Shown here: positions 48,061 through 57,520 of the stretch, piece by piece
Numbering within the stretch: the stretch's first letter is position 1
Layout: each line of letters begins with the position of its first letter
Assembly: GCA_021776135.1 (NCBI GenBank)
Contig: JAJFGL010000030.1
Span: 27,763 to 91,762, forward strand
Reading direction: 5' to 3'
From: Kiloniellaceae bacterium
Lineage (GTDB): Bacteria > Pseudomonadota > Alphaproteobacteria > Kiloniellales > J153
DNA length: 64,000 nt
The notes under the pieces: model-generated
The model's database searches: none
What the model was told of the DNA's origin: nothing
What the model saw: the letters and a program-made list of their open reading frames with translations, nothing else
Made by a program: the position numbers and the translations under genes

Positions 48061-48741
48061 ATGACCCACGATAACAAAGATATAGCCGAGCGACGGCGGC
48101 AACAGGCAACCATGACCGGGCGCCCCCCAAACCAGCCCTTTGGCGTCAAGTCCGAAAACCTGACCATCGTCGAACACCGGGTTGCTACGTCCAGCCGCGC
48201 CCAGCGGAATGGCCATGCCGGCGGCGTCCTGTGGTTCACGGGCTTATCCGGGGCCGGCAAATCGACCTTGGCCATGGCGGTCGAGCAGCATCTGTTCGGC
48301 AAGGGCTATCAAGTCTACGTTCTCGACGGGGACAATATACGCAGTGGCTTGAACGCCAATCTCGGCTTTTCCCCCGCTGACCGGGCCGAGAATATCCGGC
48401 GCGTGGGCGAAGCCGCGGCCCTGTTCGCCAATGCCGGTATCCTGTGTATCGCAGCCTTCATATCGCCCTACCGCAGCGACCGCGAGCGCGCCCGGCAAGC
48501 CGCCGGCAAGGCTTTTCACGAAATCCATATCGATGCCGACCTGGCGATCTGCGAACAGCGCGACCCCAAGGGGTTGTACGCCAAGGCCCGGGCCGGGGAG
48601 ATCGAGGATTTCACCGGCGTCTCGGCCCCTTACGAGGCGCCGGCGGATCCGGAATTGACGGTCGATTCCGGCGACCGCTCGATCGCCGCCTGTGTCCAGG
48701 ATATCGTGACCTATGTAGAGCGGGCCTTCAAACTTAAGTAG
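48061..48741 (+). CDS. cysC: Adenylyl-sulfate (APS) kinase
   Basis: WFTGLSGAGKST, LDGDNIRSGL, ENIRR, FISPY, RDPKGLY, FTGVSAPYE. Confidence 0.93.
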   Translation: MTHDNKDIAERRRQQATMTGRPPNQPFGVKSENLTIVEHRVATSSRAQRNGHAGGVLWFTGLSGAGKSTLAMAVEQHLFGKGYQVYVLDGDNIRSGLNANLGFSPADRAENIRRVGEAAALFANAGILCIAAFISPYRSDRERARQAAGKAFHEIHIDADLAICEQRDPKGLYAKARAGEIEDFTGVSAPYEAPADPELTVDSGDRSIAACVQDIVTYVERAFKLK

Positions 48742-48748
48742 CCAAGCC

Positions 48749-49783
48749 ATGCCCAGTTTCCCTAACCACCTGCTTGCCGCGGTTCTGTGTCTTGGCCTAA
48801 GCGCCTGCGCCGCGCCCCAGCCATCCATTCAAGATCCTAGCGGGCCCTGGGTGTCGGCGCTCGGCCGCGATCACCCCCTGAGCGGGCGCATTTGGTCGCC
48901 GTCCCAAAGCCTTTTCGTCAGTTCCGATCAGGTGCGCGCGCAGGCCGCCGAAGCGGATTTCGTCCTTCTGGGAGAGAAACACGACAACGAAGACCATCAC
49001 CGGATTCAAGCCTGGGTTACCGGACAAATCTTCGCCCAAGGGCGGCGCCCGGTCTTGGCGTTCGAGATGATAACCGACGACCAAACCCAAGCCTTAGGCG
49101 ACGCCATCGCGCGCCGGCCCCGCGATGCCACCGGTCTAGGCGCCGCGCTCGGCTGGGAGCGGAGCGGCTGGCCCGCCTGGCGCCAATACCGGCCGATCGC
49201 CCAGGCGGCGCTTGACGCGGGGGCGCCGATCCTGCCCGCCGGCCTATCGCGACCAACCATTCGCGCGATCGGCAAGGAAGGCGCCCGGGCGCTGGGAGAG
49301 CGCCGGGAAAAACTCCTGGCGCTCGACAAGCCCATGCCCGATGAACTTACGAAGCCCCTGCGCCGTGCGATCGTCGAGGCCCATTGCGGTCAGCTTCCCG
49401 CGACCATGATCGGCCCCATGACCACCGTCATGCAGGTCCGCGACGCCCACATGGCGGGCGTTCTGATCGAGGGCGCAAGCATGGCGGGGCGCGACGGCGC
49501 GGTGCTGATCACCGGCAAAGGCCACGCCCGGCTGGATTACGCGGTGCCGTTTCACCTGCGGCGCCTGGCGCCGGGGCGGCGCATCCTGAGCATCGCCATG
49601 ATCGAAGTCGCACCGGACGAAACCGGGCCCGCGAGCTACGCGGCGCGCTTCAGCGCCAAGGCGCTGCCCTACGATTTCGTCTGGTTCACCCCCTACCCCG
49701 AACGGGAACCCCCGTGCGAGAGATTCGCCGACCAATTGCGCAAGGCAAAGCAGCGCCACCAAAAACAGCGCGAGGCCGATTAG
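48749..49783 (+). CDS. ChaN-family (heme-binding-like) lipoprotein
   Basis: Lipobox LSAC, LLGEKHDNEDHH, LAFEM, HCG, RDAHMA, ITGKGH. Confidence 0.82.
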   Translation: MPSFPNHLLAAVLCLGLSACAAPQPSIQDPSGPWVSALGRDHPLSGRIWSPSQSLFVSSDQVRAQAAEADFVLLGEKHDNEDHHRIQAWVTGQIFAQGRRPVLAFEMITDDQTQALGDAIARRPRDATGLGAALGWERSGWPAWRQYRPIAQAALDAGAPILPAGLSRPTIRAIGKEGARALGERREKLLALDKPMPDELTKPLRRAIVEAHCGQLPATMIGPMTTVMQVRDAHMAGVLIEGASMAGRDGAVLITGKGHARLDYAVPFHLRRLAPGRRILSIAMIEVAPDETGPASYAARFSAKALPYDFVWFTPYPEREPPCERFADQLRKAKQRHQKQREAD

Positions 49784-49837
49784 GGCCTGTTGACATTGAC
49801 CTCGCGAAGCCACGCCGCTGCGTGCTAGTGTCGAGCC

Positions 49838-49996
49838 ATGGAGTCTTTCGCGCAGATTCCCAAACCGCCGCCGGATCCGCCGCCCGAGCCCTTCCGCAAG
49901 CCGAACGGCGACGGTCAAGACCTGCCGGAGCCACCGCCGGTCCTGCCGCCGGTGCCGCCCTACGATATCCCACCCGAGCCGCCACCCGCGAGTTGA
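49838..49996 (+). CDS. 52-aa proline-rich small ORF (22 Pro, four PPP runs) upstream of the mrp operon
   Basis: MESFAQIPKPPPDPPPEPFRKPNGDGQDLPEPPPVLPPVPPYDIPPEPPPAS*; below the ORF-track cutoff. Confidence 0.5.
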   Translation: MESFAQIPKPPPDPPPEPFRKPNGDGQDLPEPPPVLPPVPPYDIPPEPPPAS

Positions 49997-50078
49997 TGCG
50001 GCGCGGCGGGATATGTATAGACTAGGGCCGGGGAAAATTTAGAAAATACGATTCTATTTTGGGGATGGGGGGTCGCCG

Positions 50079-50579
50079 GTGCTGCGCGCAATTAGCCTCG
50101 GTTTGGTACTTTTCGGCATCTGGCTACTAATTTCCGGGATCTACACGCCGTTGTTGATAAGTTTAGGCGCCGTGTCCTGTCTGGCGGTCGTCGGAATCGC
50201 CCATCGCATGGACGTGGTCGACCACGAAGGCCATCCGATCCACCTGGGATGGCGCGCTCTTACGTACTGGATGTGGCTGACGGTGGAGATCGTCAAGGCC
50301 AACATCGACGTCGCCCGGCGCATTCTCGACCCCAAGCTGCCGATCGATCCGGCCGTGGTCACGGTCAAGGCCAGCCAGGATTCGGAACTCGGCCATGTCA
50401 TCTTCGCCAACTCCATCACCCTGACGCCGGGCACCGTTTCCATGCGGGTCGCCGAAAACACGATTCTGGTCCACGCCATCGCGACGGACATGGCCGAGGA
50501 TGTCCAGTCCGGCGCCATGGACCGGCGCGTGACCGCCATGGAGGGTACTGTTCAAACACACCTAAAGGACGCCTCTTGA
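50079..50579 (+). CDS. mrpE: Mrp antiporter subunit E
   Basis: EIVKANIDVA, FANSITLTPGTVS, LVHAI. Confidence 0.9.
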   Translation: MLRAISLGLVLFGIWLLISGIYTPLLISLGAVSCLAVVGIAHRMDVVDHEGHPIHLGWRALTYWMWLTVEIVKANIDVARRILDPKLPIDPAVVTVKASQDSELGHVIFANSITLTPGTVSMRVAENTILVHAIATDMAEDVQSGAMDRRVTAMEGTVQTHLKDAS

Positions 50580-50863
50580 TGTTCTTCGCGGCGATTCTGG
50601 CCATTCTGGTCACCATGAGCCTGGCCTTGACCCGGGCTCTCCTGGGCCCGACCGTTTACGACCGGGTTCTGGCGGTGAATTCCTTCGGCACCAAAACGGT
50701 TCTGCTGATCGCGCTGCTCGGCTTCCTGACCGACCGGCCGGATTTTCTGGATATCGGTTTGGTCTATGCCCTGATTAATTTCATCGGCACCATCGCGGTG
50801 TTGAAACTGCTCAAGTACGGCAACCTGGGCACGGCCGTACGGGAATTGGAGCGGAACCCGTGA
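50579..50863 (+). CDS. mrpF: Mrp antiporter subunit F
   Basis: GPTVYDRVLAVN, DIGLVYALINFIGT; TGATG coupling to mrpE. Confidence 0.9.
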   Translation: MFFAAILAILVTMSLALTRALLGPTVYDRVLAVNSFGTKTVLLIALLGFLTDRPDFLDIGLVYALINFIGTIAVLKLLKYGNLGTAVRELERNP

Positions 50864-51216
50864 TGCAAATCCTGCTCGACACCCTGTCTTGGCTGCTTTT
50901 GATCGGCGGATCGGCCTTCGCGGTCATCGGCGCTGTCGGCTTGATCCGGTTTCCCGATGTTTATTCCCGTATGCACGCCGCCGGCATGACCGACACCCTG
51001 GGCGCCGGCCTGATTCTCGCCGGCCTGATGGTTCAAGGCGGTTTCACCCTGGTCACGGTCAAGCTGGCTCTGATCCTGGTCTTTCTGCTTTATACCAGCC
51101 CGACATCGACCTACGCCTTGGCTAACGCGGCCTACAGCCGCGGTCTTCAACCCTTGCTCGGCAAGCGCGATACCGGCGCGCCGCCGCCAAGCGCGCCGGA
51201 GACCGAGCCATCGTAA
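50860..51216 (+). CDS. mrpG: Mrp antiporter subunit G
   Basis: GLIRFPDVYSRMHAAG..DTLG, TSPTSTYALA. Confidence 0.9.
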   Translation: MMQILLDTLSWLLLIGGSAFAVIGAVGLIRFPDVYSRMHAAGMTDTLGAGLILAGLMVQGGFTLVTVKLALILVFLLYTSPTSTYALANAAYSRGLQPLLGKRDTGAPPPSAPETEPS

Positions 51217-51746
51217 ACCTCGTCGATATCGTTCTTCTGTCATTCCTGGTGGTCATGGCCGTTGGCATCGTGCGCCTGGACAACCTCCTCGCCGTGGTCA
51301 TGCTGAGCGGCATATACAGCCTGATTTCGGCCAGCTTGTTCGTCACCATGGATGCCGTGGACGTGGCCTTTACCGAGGCCTCCGTCGGCGGCGGCATCGC
51401 GACCGTACTGATGTTGGCGACTCTGGCGCTGACCGGCGATACGGAAAAGCCGGGCAAGGGCAAATTACAGATCGTCCCTCTGGCCGCGGTCACGATTACC
51501 GGCGCGCTCTTGATTTACGGCACCCTGGACATGCCGAGTTTCGGCGACCCCATGGCGGCGATCCATCAACACGTCGCGCCGCGCTATATCGAGGAAGCGC
51601 CTAAAACCACCGGCATTCCCAATATCGTCACCTCGGTTCTGGCCAGCTATCGGGGCTACGACACCATGGGCGAATTGGCGGTGATCTTCACCGCCGGAAT
51701 TGGGGTCATTTTGATCCTGGGTTCCGGCCGCCGGCGGGACGACTGA
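51210..51746 (+). CDS. DUF4040/MrpB-related subunit (MrpA C-terminal module)
   Basis: DAVDVAFTEASVG, PNIVTSVLASYRGYDTMGE; start proposed at ATC 51210 (first canonical start is GTG 51249). Confidence 0.85.
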   Translation: MVNLVDIVLLSFLVVMAVGIVRLDNLLAVVMLSGIYSLISASLFVTMDAVDVAFTEASVGGGIATVLMLATLALTGDTEKPGKGKLQIVPLAAVTITGALLIYGTLDMPSFGDPMAAIHQHVAPRYIEEAPKTTGIPNIVTSVLASYRGYDTMGELAVIFTAGIGVILILGSGRRRDD

Positions 51747-51749
51747 ACC

Positions 51750-52193
51750 ATGCCCATGATCCAACGCCATTCCATCCTGCGCGTCACCACCAAACTCTTG
51801 ACGCCGTTCATTTTGATGTTCGCGTTGTATGTGCAATTCCATGGCGATTTCGGCCCCGGCGGCGGTTTCCAGGCCGGAGTCATATTTGGCGCCGGTTTCA
51901 TTCTCTACGCCCTTATCTACGGTATCGAAGCGGCCGAGAAAGTCGCGCCCCCAGGGATAATCCGGGTGGTCATGACCCTCGGCCTGCTGCTCTATATCGG
52001 CGTCGGCTACTTCGGCATGTTCCTGGGCGGCGCCTTCCTTGACTACAACGTCCTGCGCCAAGACCCGGTTCAAGGGCAGCACTTGGGCATTACTCTGGTG
52101 GAGCTTGGCGTCGGCACGACGGTCGCGGCGACCATGATCACGATATTTTTCAGCTTCGCCGGCCGGATGCGGCGCGCGGGCCGGTCCGGGTAA
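51750..52193 (+). CDS. mrpB: Mrp antiporter subunit B
   Basis: HGDFGPGGGFQAG, VELGVG. Confidence 0.9.
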   Translation: MPMIQRHSILRVTTKLLTPFILMFALYVQFHGDFGPGGGFQAGVIFGAGFILYALIYGIEAAEKVAPPGIIRVVMTLGLLLYIGVGYFGMFLGGAFLDYNVLRQDPVQGQHLGITLVELGVGTTVAATMITIFFSFAGRMRRAGRSG

Positions 52194-52195
52194 CG

Positions 52196-52561
52196 ATGGA
52201 TATACCCGGCCTCTTTAACTACTGGATCGTCATATTTTTGATGATGACGGGGTTTTACGTCGTCATCGCGCGCGGCAATCTGGTCAAGAAGATCGTCGGC
52301 CTGAACATATTCCAGACCTCGGTCTTCATTCTCTACATCTCCATGGGCAAGGTCGAGGACGGCACCGCGCCGATCGTCATCGAGGGCGCCAAGGGCGTGG
52401 GCGCGGTTTACTCCAACCCCTTGCCCCATGTCCTGATCCTCACCGCCATCGTCGTCGGCATCGCCACGACGGCGCTGGGCCTGGCCTTGATCGTCCGGAT
52501 CAAGGAAGCCTACGGCACGGTCGAGGAAGACGATATCTTCGCCCAGGACGAAGCGGAATGA
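52196..52561 (+). CDS. mrpC: Mrp antiporter subunit C
   Basis: NLVKKIVGL, NPLPHVLILTAIVVG. Confidence 0.9.
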   Translation: MDIPGLFNYWIVIFLMMTGFYVVIARGNLVKKIVGLNIFQTSVFILYISMGKVEDGTAPIVIEGAKGVGAVYSNPLPHVLILTAIVVGIATTALGLALIVRIKEAYGTVEEDDIFAQDEAE

Positions 52562-54039
52562 TCGCGGCCAACTTGCCAGCTTTGCAAATTGTGCTGCCCT
52601 TGATCGCGGCTCCTTTGTGCCTGTTGCTGCGCCGTGGCAACCTGGCCTGGGCCTTGGCGCTGTTCGTCAGCCTGGCGGCCTTCGCCATCGCCGTGGCCTT
52701 GTTGACGCAGGTTCTGGACAGCGGCGCGATTTCTTACGAGCTCGGCGGTTGGGCGCCGCCCTGGGGAATCGAATACCGGGTCGATGTTCTGAACGCCTTC
52801 GTGCTTCTGATCGTCGCGGCCATAGGCGCGGTGGTGCTGGCCTATGCCCGCCGCAGTGTCGCGCAAGAGGTGCCCACAAGCCAGCATAGCGGATTCTATA
52901 CGGCATTCCTGCTCTGCCTGACCGGCCTGCTTGGGGTGGCGATCACCGGCGACGCCTTCAACCTTTTCGTGTTCCTGGAGATTTCCTCGCTGTCGTCCTA
53001 CGTGCTGATCTCCATGGGACGCGACCGGCGGGCCTTGACCGCCGCCTTCCAGTACCTGGTCATGGGGACCATCGGGGCGACCTTCATCGTCATCGGCATT
53101 GGCCTGCTCTATATGTCGACCGGCACCCTGAACATGGCGGACCTGGGCGCCCGCCTGCCCGCCATCGGCGCCAACCGCACGGTCCTTGCCGCCTTCGCCT
53201 TCCTGACCGTCGGCGCGACCATCAAGCTGGCCCTCTTTCCCTTACATTTCTGGCTTCCGAACGCCTATGCCTACGCGCCTTCCGCGGTGACCGCGTTTCT
53301 GGCGTCGACGGCGACCAAGGTTTCGATCTATATCCTGCTGCGGTTCTTTTTCACTGTCTTCGGCCCGACCTTCGAGGCCGAGGAAATCACCCTGAACAAC
53401 TTGGTCGTTCCCCTGGCCACCATCGCGGTTTTGGTTTGCTCCACGGTCGCCATCTATCAAGGCAACGTGAAACGCATGCTGGCCTATTCCAGCATCGCCC
53501 AGATCGGTTACATGATGATCGGAATCGGCTTCGGCACCGTGACCGGCCTGACCGCGGGCATCGCGCACCTGTTCAATCATGCGGTCACCAAGGGCGGTTT
53601 GTTCCTGGTCCTGGGCTGCATCGTTTGGCGGATCGGGTCTTGCCGCCTCGGCGATCTGGCCGGTTTGGGCCGGCGCATGCCCCTGACCATGTTCGCTTTC
53701 GTCCTGGGCGGCCTGAGCTTGATCGGAGTGCCCCTGACCGCCGGCTTCGTCAGCAAGTGGGTTCTGGTCCAAGCCGCGATCGAACAAGGCAACTGGCTGG
53801 TCGCCGTGGCCATTCTGGCGGGTTCCCTGCTGGCGCTTATATATGTTTGGCGGGTGGTCGAGGTCGCCTACCTGCGCCCGGCGCCCGATAGCGCACCCGA
53901 GGCCGCCGAGGCGCCCTGGTCGATGCTGATCCCGGCCTGGATTCTGATCGGCGCCAGCATTTACTTCGGCGTCGAGACCTCCCTCAGCCTTGGGGTCGCG
54001 GAGGCGGCGGCGCGCTTCCTTTTGGGAGGCGCGGGATGA
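52558..54039 (+). CDS. mrpD: MrpD-family proton-conducting subunit (1)
   Basis: GDAFNLFVFLE, IKLALFPLHFWLP.AY, KRMLAYSSIAQ, NHAVTKG, GVPLTAGFVSK. Confidence 0.9.
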   Translation: MIAANLPALQIVLPLIAAPLCLLLRRGNLAWALALFVSLAAFAIAVALLTQVLDSGAISYELGGWAPPWGIEYRVDVLNAFVLLIVAAIGAVVLAYARRSVAQEVPTSQHSGFYTAFLLCLTGLLGVAITGDAFNLFVFLEISSLSSYVLISMGRDRRALTAAFQYLVMGTIGATFIVIGIGLLYMSTGTLNMADLGARLPAIGANRTVLAAFAFLTVGATIKLALFPLHFWLPNAYAYAPSAVTAFLASTATKVSIYILLRFFFTVFGPTFEAEEITLNNLVVPLATIAVLVCSTVAIYQGNVKRMLAYSSIAQIGYMMIGIGFGTVTGLTAGIAHLFNHAVTKGGLFLVLGCIVWRIGSCRLGDLAGLGRRMPLTMFAFVLGGLSLIGVPLTAGFVSKWVLVQAAIEQGNWLVAVAILAGSLLALIYVWRVVEVAYLRPAPDSAPEAAEAPWSMLIPAWILIGASIYFGVETSLSLGVAEAAARFLLGGAG

Positions 54040-55556
54040 GCGGCAATAGCGCGATCCTCTTGGCCATGGCGATCCCCCTGGCCGGCGCCGTGCTGATCGC
54101 ACTCAACGCCAAGCGCCCGAACCTGCGCGAGGCCATAACCCTGGGCACGGCGGGGCTGCTGTTCATCGATGTTCTGACCTTGCTGCCCGAGGTCGCCGCC
54201 GGCGGACGGCCCAGTTTCACCTTGATCGAAATGCTGCCCGGCCTGCCCCTGGCCTTCGAGGTCGAGCCCCTGGGCATGTTGTTCGGCCTGGTCGCCTCCG
54301 GCCTTTGGATCGTTAACTCGATCTATTCGATCGGCTACATGCGCGCCAACAAGGAACAAAACCAAACCCGCTTTTACGTCTGCTTCGCGGTCGCCATCGC
54401 CAGCACGCTGGGGATCGCTTTCGCCGGCAACATGATGACCCTGTTCGTGTTCTACGAGGCGCTGACGCTCAGCACCTATCCCCTGGTCACCCACAAGGGC
54501 AACGAGGACGCGCGGCGCGGCGGGCGGACCTATCTGGGGATCCTGCTTTCGACCTCCATCGGCTTGCAACTGCTGGCGATCCTCTGGACCTGGCAGGTCG
54601 CCGGGACGCTCGATTTCACCGTCGGCGGTATTTTGAACGGCAAGGTCTCGGGCCCGGTGGTCGGTATCCTGCTGCTGCTCTACATGTACGGCATCGGCAA
54701 GGCGGCCTTGATGCCCCTGCACCGCTGGCTGCCGGCGGCCATGGTCGCGCCGACGCCGGTCAGCGCGCTTTTGCACGCGGTGGCGGTGGTCAAGGCCGGC
54801 GTCTTCACGGTCATGAAGGTCGCCGTCTATATCTTCGGCATCGATTTTCTACGCGAGTCCGGTCACGGTCAGTGGCTCGCCTACATAGCGGCGGCGACGA
54901 TCCTGATCGCCTCCCTGGTCGCCATGACCAAGGACAACCTCAAGGCCCGGCTGGCCTACTCGACGGTCAGCCAGCTTTCCTACATCGTGCTGGGCGCGGC
55001 CTTGGCGACATCCTGGAGTGTGATCGGCGGTTCCATGCACATCGCCATGCACGCCATGGGCAAGATCACGTTGTTCTTTTGCGCCGGCGCCATCTACACC
55101 GCCACCCACAAGACCGAGATCAGCGAGATGACCGGCCTGGGCCGGATCATGCCCATTACCTTCGGGGCGTTTCTGATCGGCGCGCTCAGCATCATCGGCC
55201 TGCCGCCCATGGGCGGTTCCTGGAGCAAGTGGTACCTGGCGCTGGGCGCGGCTGAATCCGGCCAGATCGTCATGATCGCGGTGCTGATGATCAGCTCCCT
55301 GCTCAACGTGGCCTACCTGATACCGATCGTGGCGCGGGGCTTCTTCCAGCCGGCGCCGGGACACGCGCATGAACCGGCCCAGGAACCAAGCTCGGCCGGC
55401 GCCGCCGCGGCGCCCCGGACCGGGAGCGCGGGCAAAATTCGGGAGGCGCCAACGTTGTGCGTCGTGGCTCTATGCCTGACCGCGTCCGGCTGCATACTCC
55501 TGTTCTTTTTCGCCGACCCCTTGTATCGGCTGCTAGAGCCGATCGCCGTACCCTGA
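54036..55556 (+). CDS. MrpD/MrpA-family proton-conducting subunit (2)
   Basis: GKAALMPLHRWLPAAMVAPTPVSALLH, LKARLAYSTVSQL (NuoL/MrpA-like core). Confidence 0.88.
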   Translation: MSGNSAILLAMAIPLAGAVLIALNAKRPNLREAITLGTAGLLFIDVLTLLPEVAAGGRPSFTLIEMLPGLPLAFEVEPLGMLFGLVASGLWIVNSIYSIGYMRANKEQNQTRFYVCFAVAIASTLGIAFAGNMMTLFVFYEALTLSTYPLVTHKGNEDARRGGRTYLGILLSTSIGLQLLAILWTWQVAGTLDFTVGGILNGKVSGPVVGILLLLYMYGIGKAALMPLHRWLPAAMVAPTPVSALLHAVAVVKAGVFTVMKVAVYIFGIDFLRESGHGQWLAYIAAATILIASLVAMTKDNLKARLAYSTVSQLSYIVLGAALATSWSVIGGSMHIAMHAMGKITLFFCAGAIYTATHKTEISEMTGLGRIMPITFGAFLIGALSIIGLPPMGGSWSKWYLALGAAESGQIVMIAVLMISSLLNVAYLIPIVARGFFQPAPGHAHEPAQEPSSAGAAAAPRTGSAGKIREAPTLCVVALCLTASGCILLFFFADPLYRLLEPIAVP

Positions 55557-55566
55557 GGAACCGCCG

Positions 55567-55839
55567 ATGAGTGACTCCCACGAGCGGCCCGAACGCGAAG
55601 CCCACAAACCCTGGCTGTACCGGCGCGGCACTATCAATGGCGTTTTCTGGGGTTTACTTGGCCTGTGCCTGGTCTTGGGCCTGGCGGATTTATTCTATCA
55701 CCGCCACACCGTCTTCGGCTTCGAGGCGTTCCCGGCCATTTACGGCATCTTCGGCTTCGTCTCCTTCGTCTTCATCGTCTTCGCCGGCATCGGCCTGCGT
55801 AAACTAATCATGCGGGACGAGGATTATTACGATGGCTAA
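55567..55839 (+). CDS. Small two-helix membrane protein in the mrp operon
   Basis: Two hydrophobic segments, ending LRKLIMRDEDYYD; overlaps the next gene. Confidence 0.75.
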   Translation: MSDSHERPEREAHKPWLYRRGTINGVFWGLLGLCLVLGLADLFYHRHTVFGFEAFPAIYGIFGFVSFVFIVFAGIGLRKLIMRDEDYYDG

Positions 55840-57520
55840 CTTCTCGCCCGGCTTGATCCTGATCGTCGGCGGATTGCTGATCCCGCTGATCCATGGCCGC
55901 GCGCGGCAGGTATTCATGCTCGCGCTGCCGCTCCTCGGCGCGATTCAGCTTTTTGGCCTGGAGCACGGACTGCACGGGCAAGTGGCGATCTTCGACTACA
56001 CCTTGACCTTCGCGCGGGTCGACAAGCTGAGCCTGATCTTCGGCGCGATCTTCCTGCTCGCCAGCTTCTACAACACCATCTACGGCCTGCACGAAAACGA
56101 CACCATGCAGCAGGTCGCGGCCCCGGTTTATGCCGGCGCGGCCATCGGCGCCGTCTTCGCCGGCGATCTCATCACGCTGTTTATCTTCTGGGAGTTGACC
56201 GCGATTTCCTCGGTCTTCCTAATCTGGGCGCGGCGCACCGCCAAGGCCACCAGCGTCGGTATCCGTTATCTCATTATCCAAGTCGGCTCCGGTGTCATTC
56301 TCTTGGCGGGGATCATCCTGTACGCAAACAAAACCGGGTCCATCGCCTTCGACCGTATCGGGCTAAGCGACTTGGCGTCTTGGCTGATTCTGATCGCCTT
56401 CGGCATCAAGGCGGCGTTCCCGTTCCTGCACAACTGGCTGCAGGACGCCTATCCGGAAGCGACCGTCACCGGGACGGTGGTGCTTTCGGCCTTCACCACC
56501 AAGTTGGCGGTCTATGCCCTGGCGCGCGGCTATGCCGGGACCGAGATGCTGATTTACGTCGGCATCGTCATGACGGCTTTCCCGGTGTTCTTCGCGGTGA
56601 TCGAGAACGACCTGCGCCGGGTGCTCGCTTTCAGCCTGAACAACCAGGTCGGCTTCATGGTCGCCGGTATCGGCGTCGGCACATCGCTGGCGCTCAACGG
56701 CGCGGTCGCCCATGCCTTCGTGCACATCATCTACAAGTCGCTTCTGTTCATGAGCATGGGCGCGGTCCTGCACCGGGTCGGGACGATCAAGGCCTCGGAG
56801 TTGGGCGGGCTCTATCGATCCATGCCGGTCACGGCCGTATTCTGCATCATCGGCGCGGCCTCGATCTCGGCCTTTCCGCTGTTCAGCGGCTTCATCGCCA
56901 AGTCGCTGACGCTTTCGGCCGTGGCGGAAGGCGGCTATGTGGTCGCCTGGATCGTCCTGGTCTTCGCCTCCGCCGGCGTGCTGGAGCATTCCGGCATCAA
57001 GATCCCTTATTTCGCCTTCTTCGCCCATGACAGCGGCCTGCGCTGCAAGGAGGCGCCGGCCAATATGCTGATCGCCATGGCGATCCCCGCCTTCCTGTGC
57101 ATCGCCATCGGTATTTTCCCGGGACCGCTCTATGCCTTGCTGCCGTTCCCGATGGATTACCAGCCCTACACGGCCAGTCATGTGCTCTCGCAGTTGCAAC
57201 TGCTGCTGTTCGCCATACTGGCCTTCGCGGTGCTGGTGCGTAGCGGTCTCTACCCGAAGGAAATCCCCTCGACCAACCTGAATACCGACTGGATCTACCG
57301 CAAGGGCCTGCCCGCCCTGGTGCGGTGGCTGATGGCGGCCGGCAGCACGATCCGGCGCGGCGCCCTGTTCCGGGCCGAGTTTCGCTTGGAACGCTTCATC
57401 GCCCAGGTTTACCGCCACCACGGTCCGGCGGGCATCATGGCCAGGACCTGGTCGACGGGAAGCACGGTGCTCTGGGTCGCGGTGCTACTCGGCGTTTATT
57501 TGCTGGCCTATTTCTTGTGA
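55832..57520 (+). CDS. MrpD-family proton-conducting subunit (3)
   Basis: GDLITLFIFWE, HNWLQDAYPEAT, DLRRVLAFS, YKSLLFM, AFPLFSGF. Confidence 0.88.
   Translation: MANFSPGLILIVGGLLIPLIHGRARQVFMLALPLLGAIQLFGLEHGLHGQVAIFDYTLTFARVDKLSLIFGAIFLLASFYNTIYGLHENDTMQQVAAPVYAGAAIGAVFAGDLITLFIFWELTAISSVFLIWARRTAKATSVGIRYLIIQVGSGVILLAGIILYANKTGSIAFDRIGLSDLASWLILIAFGIKAAFPFLHNWLQDAYPEATVTGTVVLSAFTTKLAVYALARGYAGTEMLIYVGIVMTAFPVFFAVIENDLRRVLAFSLNNQVGFMVAGIGVGTSLALNGAVAHAFVHIIYKSLLFMSMGAVLHRVGTIKASELGGLYRSMPVTAVFCIIGAASISAFPLFSGFIAKSLTLSAVAEGGYVVAWIVLVFASAGVLEHSGIKIPYFAFFAHDSGLRCKEAPANMLIAMAIPAFLCIAIGIFPGPLYALLPFPMDYQPYTASHVLSQLQLLLFAILAFAVLVRSGLYPKEIPSTNLNTDWIYRKGLPALVRWLMAAGSTIRRGALFRAEFRLERFIAQVYRHHGPAGIMARTWSTGSTVLWVAVLLGVYLLAYFL

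Noticed and set aside
47865-48302. N-terminal extensions in the ORF track (47334..48302, 45565..46083, 50249..50863, 36238..39126)
   Set aside because: They overlap neighbouring genes; shorter starts fit the RBS, translational coupling and family N-termini.
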